From contig OY968762.1 in assembly GCA_963695225.1 (NCBI GenBank), positions 2,304,001-2,368,000 on the forward strand: a stretch of DNA of 64,000 bases, read 5' to 3'. The notes under the pieces were generated by a model, which did no database searches, was not told the origin of the DNA, and saw nothing but the letters and a program-made list of their open reading frames with translations. The translations under genes and the position numbers were made by a program. Source of the DNA: Vulcanimicrobiota bacterium. GTDB taxonomy: Bacteria; Vulcanimicrobiota; Vulcanimicrobiia; Vulcanimicrobiales; Vulcanimicrobiaceae. This document shows, piece by piece, positions 53,528 through 64,000 of this stretch (within the stretch, counting starts at the first letter, position 1; every line of letters starts with the position of its first letter).

Positions 53528-55528
53528 ATGCGGAGAGTTCTCCTCGCCCTGATGTGTCTCGGGCTCCTTGCTGCGCTTTGGGTTGCCGTTCTTCGAGCGC
53601 ACGATGAGGCGCAATCGCGCCGGGTCGAGATCGCGCTCGACTACTCGGAATTCGCGGCGCTCGCCGATTCCTATGGATACGATCAAGAGAAGTTCCTCAT
53701 CGCATTGCGGGCCGCCGGCCTCACGTCGCTCGCGGTCTCCGAGGAGCTCGGTGCGAACGTCAACTTTTCGAACGGGGCCGTCTTCGTCAGCGGGCAACAG
53801 CTGATCGACCAAGCGCGCCTGGGCCCGCTCGGCGAGCCGACGCTCGCGCGTCTGGGGCGCGAAGGGAAGCTCTCGCCTGCGGATATGTACCTCTTGGTCT
53901 ACGCCCCCGACGAGATCGAGCGGTACCGCGAAGCTCTGGCGCTGCATTTCAGCCCGCACAGCGTGCGCGCGTTGCGCGCCTCGGGGCCGGCGATCTTCGC
54001 CGTGCGCTCGCAGGTCGATTTCTTCGGCGCGCTCGGCCTTGGGCTGCCGGCCCAACCGCTCGCGCTCGCGCGGAAGACGCACCTGTTGCTCGTGCCGCGC
54101 TATCAAAACGACGAGCGGTTCGGAGCCGAGAAGATCTCGGCATTGCTTGCAGCCGCGCGGGATCAGGGGAAGATCAGCACGATCGTTTTCTTCGGAACGC
54201 GTAACGAAGCGCTCGGATTCCCCGATCACATCGCCGACATGGCCGACGCGATCCGGTCCGCGGGCTATAACTTCGGGCTGATCGAGACCTACGACAAGAC
54301 GCAGGTGCAGAAAGGGAGCGAGGAGCTCGGGCAGCTCCTCCCCGCCAACACCGTGCGCGTCCAAGCGATCGCCAAGCTCGATCAAGATCGGCTCGATCTC
54401 GATACGGTCGCGGCGCGCTACATCCTCGGCGTGCGCGAGCGAAACGTGCGCGTCATCTACTTGCGTCCGCTCGCGCACGCGGACGGCGCTCTCTCGCTCG
54501 AGATGACGAACGTCAAGCTCGTTCGCACTCTCAAGCAGCAGTTGCACGCCGCCGGCTTCATTCTTGGGCGCGCGCGGCCGGTCGGGGCGCCGGCGGGGCG
54601 CGAATTCTCGATTCCCTTCCCGCTCGTCGTGCTCGTCTCGCTCGCCGTTCCGGCGATTTGCCTCTTGCTGCTCGACGCGTTCGGCTACCGGGGCGGCCGG
54701 CTCGCGCTTGCGGCGTTCGGCCTGGATCTCGTGCTGCTGGCGGCCGGAGCCGCGACGCACCACGACCTGCTCGTCCGCAAGCTGCTCGCGCTCGCCGGCG
54801 CGATCGCGTTCGCGGTCGCCGCCGTCGTCGTCATCTCGCGCCGCTTCAGGGAGGAACCGCCCGAAACGCTCGGCGCGACGCTGGCCGCCGGCCTGCAGAC
54901 GGTGGCGCGCTCCACGGCCGTCGCGCTGTGCGGCGGGCTCGTCGTCGTCGGGTTGCTCAGCGTGCCGTTGCTGATGTCCGAAATCGATCGCTTCACGGGC
55001 GTCAAAGCGGTGCTGCTCCTCCCGCCGCTCGTCGTGCTCGCGCTCTACCTCTACACGCGCCGCTTTCGGGGGAGCGCACCGCTCGATCCGCTCGAGAGCG
55101 CGCAATCGCCCGTGCGCGTCTATCAACTCGCGCTCGTCGGTGTGCTCGCCGCTGCCGCTTTCATCTATGTGTCGCGCAGCGGAAACACGAGCGACATCAC
55201 GCCTTCGACGTTCGAGCTCTCGCTGCGCTCGGGCTTGACGGAGGTGCTCGGCGTGCGGCCGCGGTTCAAGGAATTCGTCGTCGGGTTCCCCCTCTTGATG
55301 CTGCTCCCGGCGCTGCGGCTCGAACACAAGCGCGCGCTCGGGTGGATCTTCGCGCTCGGCATCGCGGTCGGGACGTCCGATATCGTCGATACGTTCTCGC
55401 ACTTGCACACGCCGCTCGCCGTTTCGTTGATCCGTCTCGGGAACGGGGCGGTGCTCGGGTGCCTCATCGGCGCGCTCGCGATCGTCGCGTACCGAGCGGT
55501 GGCGGCGCGCTCCGGGGCGCGCGCCTAG
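53528..55528 (+). CDS. DUF5693-like membrane protein (csaB-associated)
   Basis: 'RERNVRVIYLRP', 'FTGVKA', 'RSGN', 'VRPRFKEF..GFP' and 'DTFSHLHTP'. Confidence 0.8.
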   Translation: MRRVLLALMCLGLLAALWVAVLRAHDEAQSRRVEIALDYSEFAALADSYGYDQEKFLIALRAAGLTSLAVSEELGANVNFSNGAVFVSGQQLIDQARLGPLGEPTLARLGREGKLSPADMYLLVYAPDEIERYREALALHFSPHSVRALRASGPAIFAVRSQVDFFGALGLGLPAQPLALARKTHLLLVPRYQNDERFGAEKISALLAAARDQGKISTIVFFGTRNEALGFPDHIADMADAIRSAGYNFGLIETYDKTQVQKGSEELGQLLPANTVRVQAIAKLDQDRLDLDTVAARYILGVRERNVRVIYLRPLAHADGALSLEMTNVKLVRTLKQQLHAAGFILGRARPVGAPAGREFSIPFPLVVLVSLAVPAICLLLLDAFGYRGGRLALAAFGLDLVLLAAGAATHHDLLVRKLLALAGAIAFAVAAVVVISRRFREEPPETLGATLAAGLQTVARSTAVALCGGLVVVGLLSVPLLMSEIDRFTGVKAVLLLPPLVVLALYLYTRRFRGSAPLDPLESAQSPVRVYQLALVGVLAAAAFIYVSRSGNTSDITPSTFELSLRSGLTEVLGVRPRFKEFVVGFPLLMLLPALRLEHKRALGWIFALGIAVGTSDIVDTFSHLHTPLAVSLIRLGNGAVLGCLIGALAIVAYRAVAARSGARA

Positions 55529-55533
55529 CGGCG

Positions 55534-56610
55534 ATGCGCATCCTGCTCAGCGGCTATTACGGTTTCGGGAACCTCGGCGACGAGGCGTTGCTCGAGATCA
55601 TCGTCGCCGAATTGCGGACGCGCTTCCCGCTCGCGGAGATCGACGTGCTCTCGGCGCAACCGGAAGCGACGGCGCACGCGCTCGGCGTCTTTGCGACGCA
55701 GCGCGCGGACCTCGCCCAAGTGCGGCGCGCAATCGATCGCGCCGACGTGGTGCTCTCCGGAGGCGGCGGCCTCTTGCAGAACGTAACGAGCCTCAAGAGC
55801 TTGCTCTACTACGCCGGGATCATCCGAAGCGCGATTCGGGCGGGGAAGAAGACGATGATCTTCGCGCAGTCGATCGGACCGCTCGATTTCATCGGCAAGC
55901 AAACGGTTCGCGAGTGCTGCCGCGGCCTTTCCGCCGCGACCGTCCGCGACGAACGCTCGCGCGAATTGCTGCAGGAGCTCGTCTCCGGGATCCGAGTCGA
56001 ACGCACCGCGGACCCCGTCTTCCTCTACGAGAGCGCGCCCGATGCGGAGTGTCTCGAACGCGTCCCCGACGGCGATGCGCTCGTGGTCGTGAGCGTTCGG
56101 AAGACGCCCCACTTCGAAACGCTCGCGCTACGCCTCGCCGCGGCCGTCGACCGGCTCGGGGAACGATATGGCGCCCGCGTCGCTTTCGTCGCGCTCGGCG
56201 GCCAACCGGATGCCGAGGCTGCGACGACGGTGATTCGGAAGTGCCGCTCCCACCCGATGCTGCTTCCCGTCGAAGGCCTCGGCCCCACGGCCAAGGTGCT
56301 CGAGCGCGCCCAACTCGTGATCGGCGTCCGCCTGCACGCGTTGATCCTTGCGGCGCGGTTCGCGGTGCCGTTCTTGGCCGTTCCCTACGATCCGAAGGTG
56401 ACGGGCCTGTGCGACGATCTCGCCTATCCGCTCCCGCCGCTCTGGCAGCCGTCCGACCGTTCCGTTCCGCGCGAAGACCTCGCGGCCTTGGTCGACCGGG
56501 CATGGACGGAGCGGGCCGCCCTGCGCGCCTGGCTCGTCCCCGCCGCCGAACGGATGCGGGCGCTCGCGGAGCGCAACTTCACGGCGCTCGAGCAACTCGT
56601 CCGAGCTTAG
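55534..56610 (+). CDS. csaB: Polysaccharide pyruvyl transferase
   Basis: 'GYYGFGNLGDEA', 'SGGGGLLQNVTS', 'AQSIGP', 'VRD..S', 'RLHALI' and 'YDPKV'. Confidence 0.93.
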   Translation: MRILLSGYYGFGNLGDEALLEIIVAELRTRFPLAEIDVLSAQPEATAHALGVFATQRADLAQVRRAIDRADVVLSGGGGLLQNVTSLKSLLYYAGIIRSAIRAGKKTMIFAQSIGPLDFIGKQTVRECCRGLSAATVRDERSRELLQELVSGIRVERTADPVFLYESAPDAECLERVPDGDALVVVSVRKTPHFETLALRLAAAVDRLGERYGARVAFVALGGQPDAEAATTVIRKCRSHPMLLPVEGLGPTAKVLERAQLVIGVRLHALILAARFAVPFLAVPYDPKVTGLCDDLAYPLPPLWQPSDRSVPREDLAALVDRAWTERAALRAWLVPAAERMRALAERNFTALEQLVRA

Positions 56611-56665
56611 GGCCGGCCCTTAGGCGGCAGGCGCGCCCCCCGGCGGGCCGAACCTAGAGCGTTCG

Positions 56666-57445
56666 ATGCCGCGCGCTTTGACGTTGGGGCGGATCGCGGG
56701 AATCCGCGTTGCGATCCATTGGACTTGGCTTTTCCTCTACGTCTTGGCGACGTGGTCGTTCGCCTCGACGCTCGAGAGCAACGGCCGCGCCGTCCCGCTT
56801 GCGCTGTGCGCGTTCGGGACGCTGCTCGTCTTCGCGAGCCTCGTCGCCCACGAGTTCGCTCACGCGCTCGTCGCGCGACGCTTCGGCGTCGGGACCAGCG
56901 CGATCGTGCTGTTCCTGTTCGGCGGGGCGGCGACGCTCGAGCGCGAGCCGCCGACGCCGCGGGCGGAGATCGCGATCGCGCTCGCGGGGCCGTTCGCAAG
57001 CCTGCTGCTCGGCGCGTGCGCGTTCGGAGCGGATGCCGCGTTCTCGCGCCTTCCGGGGGCGGCTGCCGCAGCCGCCTCCGATCTTTGCGGGTTGTTGGCT
57101 TCGAGCAACATCGCCATCGCGTTGTTCAACCTGCTCCCCGCGTTTCCGATGGACGGCGGCCGCGTAGTGCGCGCGGTGCTGTGGCACTACCGCCGCCACT
57201 GCGCCTCGGCGACGGCGCTGGCGGCGCTGACCGGCCTCGTCAGCGCCGCCGCGTTTGCTGCCGGCGGAGGGTACATGCTGTACCTGACGCGCGACTGGGC
57301 TTACTGCTGGTTGATCGTGATGGGCATTTTCGTCGCCCGCACCGCCTGGCGCGGCTACGCGGATGCGCGCTCGCTTCAAGAGATCGAACGGCTCGAGGCG
57401 ACCCTCCGCACGGTCGCGCGCCCGATCGTAGAACCCGCCACGTGA
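56666..57445 (+). CDS. Site-2 protease (M50)
   Basis: HEFAH, IALAGP and FNLLPAFPMDGG. Confidence 0.92.
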   Translation: MPRALTLGRIAGIRVAIHWTWLFLYVLATWSFASTLESNGRAVPLALCAFGTLLVFASLVAHEFAHALVARRFGVGTSAIVLFLFGGAATLEREPPTPRAEIAIALAGPFASLLLGACAFGADAAFSRLPGAAAAAASDLCGLLASSNIAIALFNLLPAFPMDGGRVVRAVLWHYRRHCASATALAALTGLVSAAAFAAGGGYMLYLTRDWAYCWLIVMGIFVARTAWRGYADARSLQEIERLEATLRTVARPIVEPAT

Positions 57446-57473
57446 GCCGAACTCGCCGCCCCGAAATGAGACG

Positions 57474-60251
57474 ATGACCGACTATCGCGCGACCCTCAAC
57501 CTCCCGAAGACGGACTTCCCGATGAAGGCCGACTTGCCGAAACGCGAGCCGGACCGCGTCGCGTGGTGGAAGCAGCACCAGGTGTACGAGCGCCGCCTCG
57601 CGCGGAACGCAAAGAATCCACCCTGGATCCTCCACGACGGCCCGCCCTACGCGAACGGCGGGGTTCACATGGGCACGTTCCTGAACCGCGTCCTCAAGGA
57701 CGTCTTCGTCAAGGTGCATCTGCTCGACGGGAAGTTCGCGAAATTCGTTCCCGGATGGGACATGCACGGGCTGCCGATCGAGTTCGAGACGCTCAAGCAT
57801 CTCAAGCTGGATTTCCGCAAGATCGATCCGATCGAACTCCGTGCCAAGTGTCGCGAGCGCGCGCTGTATTGGCTCGACGTGCAGCGCACGACGTTCCTGC
57901 GCATGGGCTTGCTCGGCGAGTTCGATCATCCGTACCGGACGATCGATAAAGAATTCGAAGCGGTGATCGTCGAGGCGCTCGCGGATCTCTCGGAGGCCGG
58001 GCAACTCTACAAGGGCCTGCGCTCGACGTTGTGGTGCATCCACGACGAGACCGCGCTCGCCGAAGCCGAGATCGAATACAAGGACAAGGTCTCGCCCGCG
58101 ATCTACGTGCGCTTCGCCGCCGACGCGGCGCAGAGCGCCGACCTCGAACGGCGCTTCGGGCTGCGCGACACTACGGGCTTGCCGAGGCCGCTCTCGTTCG
58201 TGATCTGGACGACGACGCCGTGGACGCTCCCCGCGAACGTTGCGATCGCCCTCAAGCCCGATGCGACCTACGGCCTCTATGCGAACGGCACCGAACGCTA
58301 CATCGTCGCCGAAGCGCTCGAACCCGCGGTGCGGGAGAAAGCGGGCTTCGCCGAGGCGGCGAAGCTGTGCACGGTTCCCGGCGAGGCGCTGATCGGCGCG
58401 AGCGTGAGGCATCCGTTCCTCGAGCGCAATTCGGAGATCGTCGGCGCGGATTACGTCGAACTCGAAACCGGGACGGGCGCGGTCCATACGGCGCCGGGGC
58501 ACGGCGTCGACGACTTCGAAACGGGCGTGCAATACGGCTTGCCGATCGTCAACCCGGTCGACGGGCGCGGCCACTTCACGGCGGAGGCCGGGCCGTACGC
58601 CGGCCTGCAAGTGTTCGCCGCGAACGAGAAGATCATCGAGGATCTCGCCGCGAGCGGCGCGCTCTGGGCGCGCGAATCGTACTCGCATTCCTACCCGCAT
58701 TGTTGGCGCTGCAAGAACCCCGTGATCTTCCGCGCGACCTCGCAGTGGTTCATGGCGATGGACGTCAACCGGCTTCGCAAGCGGATCGAAGAGAAGCTGC
58801 CGAGCGTTGCGTTCACGCCCGCCTGGGGGCAGAACCGCATGCGGCAGATGATCGAGAACCACCCCGAGTGGTGCCTTTCGCGGCAGCGCACGTGGGGGAC
58901 GCCGATCCCTGCCGTCGTCTGCCGGGCCTGCAACGAATCGACGCTCGATCCCGAGGTCGCGCGGCGCGCCGCCGCGCGCTTCCGCGAGGTCGGTGCCGAC
59001 GCGTGGTGGAGCGACGATCTCGCCACGTTCCTCCCCGCTCGTTTCTCGTGCCCGAAGTGCCGCGGTACGGAGTTCGAAAAAGAGCTCAACATCGTCGACA
59101 TCTGGTTCGAATCCGGCGTCACGCATCTCGCGGTCCTAGGCCGCGACGGGATGCCCTGGCCCGCCGACGCGTACTTGGAAGGCAGCGATCAATACCGCGG
59201 CTGGTTCCGCAGCAATCTGATCACGGCGGTCGCGATCAAGGGCGCGCCGCCGTACAAGTCGGTCGTCTCGACCGGCTGGGTCGTCGACGCGCATGGCCAC
59301 GCGATGCACAAATCGGCCGGCAACTACATCGGCGCCGACGACGCGATGCAGAAGTACGGGGCGGACGTCCTGCGCTTGTGGACGGCTTCCGTCGAGTTCA
59401 CCGCGGACATGCGCTTGGGCGACGAGCTGCTCAAGAGCGTCGGCAGCGTCTATCGCAACCTGCGCTATCGCCTGCGCATGTTGCTCGGGCTCATCGACGA
59501 TCTGACGCCCGAGCACTTGATCGCGCGCGAGCACCTCGAACCGCTCGACCGCCTCGCGCTGGCCGCGCTCGATTCGTTTGCGCGCAGGGCCGCGAAAGCG
59601 TACAAGCGCTACGATTTGCACGACGTGTACCTGGCCTTGATCGATTTCGATGCGGACCTATCCGGCTTCTACATCGATCTGCTCAAGGATCGCACGTATT
59701 CGAGCGCACCGGATGCCGCCCGCCGGCGCAGCGCGCAGACGGCGCTGTACGCGATCTTCAAATCCCTCGTCGCGCTGCTCGCGCCCGTGCTCTCGTTCAC
59801 TGCGGAGGAGGCCTGGCAGCACGTCCCCTCGGCGCTGCGCGGCGATGCCGAAAGCGTGTTCGACCTCTCGCTCCCAGGCGGCGGCGAGGCTCCGGCGAGC
59901 GAAGCCGGCGAGCTCGAATTGTGGGCGGCGCTCAAACAGTTGCGGGCGAACGTTGCGGCAGCGGAGGGCGCGCGGGATTTCCAACTGCAGGCGACGGTGA
60001 TCGCACCGCCGGCGCTCGCGACGCGCCTCGCCGGACTCGGCGACAATCTCCGCGAAGCGCTCGTCGTCTCGGCGCTGGCGCTGCGCGAAGATTCCTCGGC
60101 GACGGCGCCGCGCGTCGAGCTGGCCCCCGCCGAGGGCGAGAAGTGCGTGCGGTGCTGGAAGTATCTGCCGCTCGGCAGCGATCCGGAGCACCCCTCGCTC
60201 TGCGCTCCGTGCGCGCACATCGTGCGCGAGATCGCCGCGCGCGTGCCGTAG
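57474..60251 (+). CDS. ileS: Isoleucine-tRNA ligase (type 1)
   Basis: LHDGPPYANG, GWDMHGLPIE, WTTTPWT, GTGAVHTAP, LSRQR.WG and EGSDQYRGWF, with a C-terminal CxxC...CxxC. Confidence 0.97.
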   Translation: MTDYRATLNLPKTDFPMKADLPKREPDRVAWWKQHQVYERRLARNAKNPPWILHDGPPYANGGVHMGTFLNRVLKDVFVKVHLLDGKFAKFVPGWDMHGLPIEFETLKHLKLDFRKIDPIELRAKCRERALYWLDVQRTTFLRMGLLGEFDHPYRTIDKEFEAVIVEALADLSEAGQLYKGLRSTLWCIHDETALAEAEIEYKDKVSPAIYVRFAADAAQSADLERRFGLRDTTGLPRPLSFVIWTTTPWTLPANVAIALKPDATYGLYANGTERYIVAEALEPAVREKAGFAEAAKLCTVPGEALIGASVRHPFLERNSEIVGADYVELETGTGAVHTAPGHGVDDFETGVQYGLPIVNPVDGRGHFTAEAGPYAGLQVFAANEKIIEDLAASGALWARESYSHSYPHCWRCKNPVIFRATSQWFMAMDVNRLRKRIEEKLPSVAFTPAWGQNRMRQMIENHPEWCLSRQRTWGTPIPAVVCRACNESTLDPEVARRAAARFREVGADAWWSDDLATFLPARFSCPKCRGTEFEKELNIVDIWFESGVTHLAVLGRDGMPWPADAYLEGSDQYRGWFRSNLITAVAIKGAPPYKSVVSTGWVVDAHGHAMHKSAGNYIGADDAMQKYGADVLRLWTASVEFTADMRLGDELLKSVGSVYRNLRYRLRMLLGLIDDLTPEHLIAREHLEPLDRLALAALDSFARRAAKAYKRYDLHDVYLALIDFDADLSGFYIDLLKDRTYSSAPDAARRRSAQTALYAIFKSLVALLAPVLSFTAEEAWQHVPSALRGDAESVFDLSLPGGGEAPASEAGELELWAALKQLRANVAAAEGARDFQLQATVIAPPALATRLAGLGDNLREALVVSALALREDSSATAPRVELAPAEGEKCVRCWKYLPLGSDPEHPSLCAPCAHIVREIAARVP

Positions 60252-60322
60252 GCCCGAGCGGGCGGCGCCGAGCGGGAGATGTGCGCCCGCTCACACGAGC
60301 GGGCGCCTTCGTTCGTGCCATC

Positions 60323-61189
60323 ATGTCGCTGATGCGGACGCTTGCGACGCTGCGGTCATTCGGCGCGTTCTTCACGCTCGCGGCGCTCGCCGCATGCAGC
60401 GGAGGGGGCGGCGGCTCGAGCGTCCCCTCGAGTTCCACGCCGTCGCCCGGCTCGACGGCCGGGCCTCCGGGAAGCGTGACGGGCGCGCTGTACGCCTGCA
60501 CCTGGGGAGGCTCGTCGTGTTCGAAGGGCGCGCCGATCGGCGGCGCGAGCGTCGCGCTCGGGAACTCCCTCGCGGGCGGGACGCTGGGCGGGATCAGCGC
60601 CCGAGCGACGACTGCAGCGGACGGCTCGTACGCGCTCGCCGGCTACTCGGCGGACGCGCGCTATCTGCAGGTCACGGTATCGGGGAACGCCGTCGTCCTC
60701 CACGCCGCGGTGACGCCCGCGGGGAGGCTCCCTGACCTCCTGCTCTCGACGCCGACCGCCGACGAACTGGCCGGCTTCGCCCAGATCAACGCCGACCGCG
60801 CCGCGCACGGGACCGGCACCGGGGCGAACCCGCTCGTGCTCGACGAGTACCTGCTCGAAACCGCGCGCTACCGCGCGAACGATATGGCGGTCTTCGGCTA
60901 CTTCTCGCACACGCCGCCGTCCGGGGCCGGGCTCGACGGCTGGCACGAATACACGTCGCTGGCCGGCGGTTTGCCGTATGCGGGATGGGGCGAGAACATC
61001 GCGATCGGCTACGCCTCGCTGCAATCCGCGGACGCCGACGGCTACATGAGCGAGGGGCCGGCCGGCGGGCACTACCAGAACATCGTCGACGCTCGCAACG
61101 TCTGGGCCGGCCTCGCCGCCGTCTACAACGGGAAGCCGCTCGCCCCGTACGCGCCGGATTATTCGGCCGAAGAGTTCGGTAAGATGTGA
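60323..61189 (+). CDS. CAP (SCP)-domain lipoprotein
   Basis: Lipobox LAAC, 'INADRA', 'DMA..GYFSH', 'GENIAIG' and 'GHYQNIV'. Confidence 0.85.
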   Translation: MSLMRTLATLRSFGAFFTLAALAACSGGGGGSSVPSSSTPSPGSTAGPPGSVTGALYACTWGGSSCSKGAPIGGASVALGNSLAGGTLGGISARATTAADGSYALAGYSADARYLQVTVSGNAVVLHAAVTPAGRLPDLLLSTPTADELAGFAQINADRAAHGTGTGANPLVLDEYLLETARYRANDMAVFGYFSHTPPSGAGLDGWHEYTSLAGGLPYAGWGENIAIGYASLQSADADGYMSEGPAGGHYQNIVDARNVWAGLAAVYNGKPLAPYAPDYSAEEFGKM

Positions 61190-61269
61190 GCGTGGCGTCC
61201 AACTCCTCGTAGTCCCGGCGGGCGCCCGGCGCGGTTTCGCCGCTCGTTTCGACCGGGAAGGGGTGTTCT

Positions 61270-61944
61270 ATGAGAATCCTGATCGCAACGACGAACGCCG
61301 CCTGGCTCGGCCCCGAGCTTCCGACCGGGACGTGGCTCGAAGAGTTCGCGGTGCCGTACATGGCCTTCGAGGCCGCCGGCGCCTCGATCGTCGTCGCCTC
61401 GCCGCTGGGCGGCACGACGCCGCTGGATCCGAAGACGAACCCCAACGACGAGCAATGGCTGAACTGGGCGCCCGCGATCGCCGCGCTGCAGCAAACGGCG
61501 CGCCTCGCGGACCAGAAGGCGGAAGACTTCGACGCGCTGTTCGTCCCGGGCGGCCACGGCCCGATGGTCGATCTTGCGAACGATCCGGAGATCCACCGGC
61601 TCGTCGCCGAGTTCGATCGCGCCGGGAAGATCCTCGGCGCCGTCTGCCACGGGCCCGCGGCGCTCGTCCGCGCGCAGGTGGACGGACGCCCCTACGTCGA
61701 GGGCAAGCGCGTCAGCGGCTTCTCCAACGTCGAGGAACTCCTCGTCGGGCTCGACCGGGCGGTCCCGTTCCTCCTCGAGACCGCGCTCAAAGAGCAGGGC
61801 GCGCGCTTCGACGCGACGCTCATCCCGTTCGCGGCGCACGTCGTCCGGGACGGCAACCTGATCACGGGGCAGAATCCCGCCTCCACCGAGAAAGTCGCCG
61901 AACGGATGCTGGAAGCGCTCGGAGCGCAATCCGGCAAGGCGTAA
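61270..61944 (+). CDS. DJ-1/PfpI (Hsp31-like) family protein
   Basis: 'GTWLEEFAVPY', 'PGGHGPMVDL', 'AVCHGP' and 'ITGQNPAS'. Confidence 0.92.
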   Translation: MRILIATTNAAWLGPELPTGTWLEEFAVPYMAFEAAGASIVVASPLGGTTPLDPKTNPNDEQWLNWAPAIAALQQTARLADQKAEDFDALFVPGGHGPMVDLANDPEIHRLVAEFDRAGKILGAVCHGPAALVRAQVDGRPYVEGKRVSGFSNVEELLVGLDRAVPFLLETALKEQGARFDATLIPFAAHVVRDGNLITGQNPASTEKVAERMLEALGAQSGKA

Positions 61945-61950
61945 CAAAGA

Positions 61951-61977
61951 GGCGGCGCGTTCGATGAACGCGCCGCC
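61951..61977. terminator. Hairpin between convergent genes
   Basis: GGCGGCGCGTTC-GAT-GAACGCGCCGCC. Confidence 0.55.
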
Positions 61978-62004
61978 GTGCCGTTTCGCCGATGCGCTCC
62001 CGCG

Positions 62005-64000
<1,996 letters not shown>

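Noticed and set aside
58031..60322. 1052-aa ORF 58031-61189 and similar long overlapping ORFs (105-2204, 33460-35598, 40738-42408, 53468-55408)
   Set aside because: These are Arg/Ala/Pro-rich shadow frames of real genes in high-GC DNA. Only 60323-61189 of the first is a real gene.

Overview
GC-rich chromosomal window from a diderm bacterium (two TonB-dependent receptors; csaB and DUF5693 also present, and the lineage cannot be fixed from sequence alone). Housekeeping genes (nnr, acpS, birA, ndk, eno, tRNAs, msrA, metXY, ileS, ilvBC) surround a ~21 kb genomic island at 8023-29057. The island is integrated at the 3' end of tRNA-Glu(TTC) and bounded by an exact 28-bp direct repeat. It looks like a decaying integrative mobilizable element turned defence island. 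It carries xis-int, an IncP/MOBP-like oriT (18-bp palindrome followed by CTATCCTG^C) between a nonsense-interrupted ribbon-helix-helix gene and a 12-bp A-tract repeat array, and three AbiE-like pairs (two with broken toxins). It also holds hicB plus a hicA stub, a Type I RM operon with an Abi_C/HEPN-like gene between hsdS and hsdR, and an uncharacterised three-gene cassette. That cassette (TIGR04255-like, Xre-like HTH, 'SQTCD' protein split by an IS21 element with an 8-bp target duplication) is the best candidate for an undescribed system. Outside the island are an iron-homeostasis cluster with paired DtxR-like palindromes, a TonB receptor with a long C-terminal extension, a membrane-anchored CheA-like kinase-CheY-CheX operon and a 74/75-bp intergenic tandem repeat. 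All family assignments come from motif recognition by eye, not from database searches.
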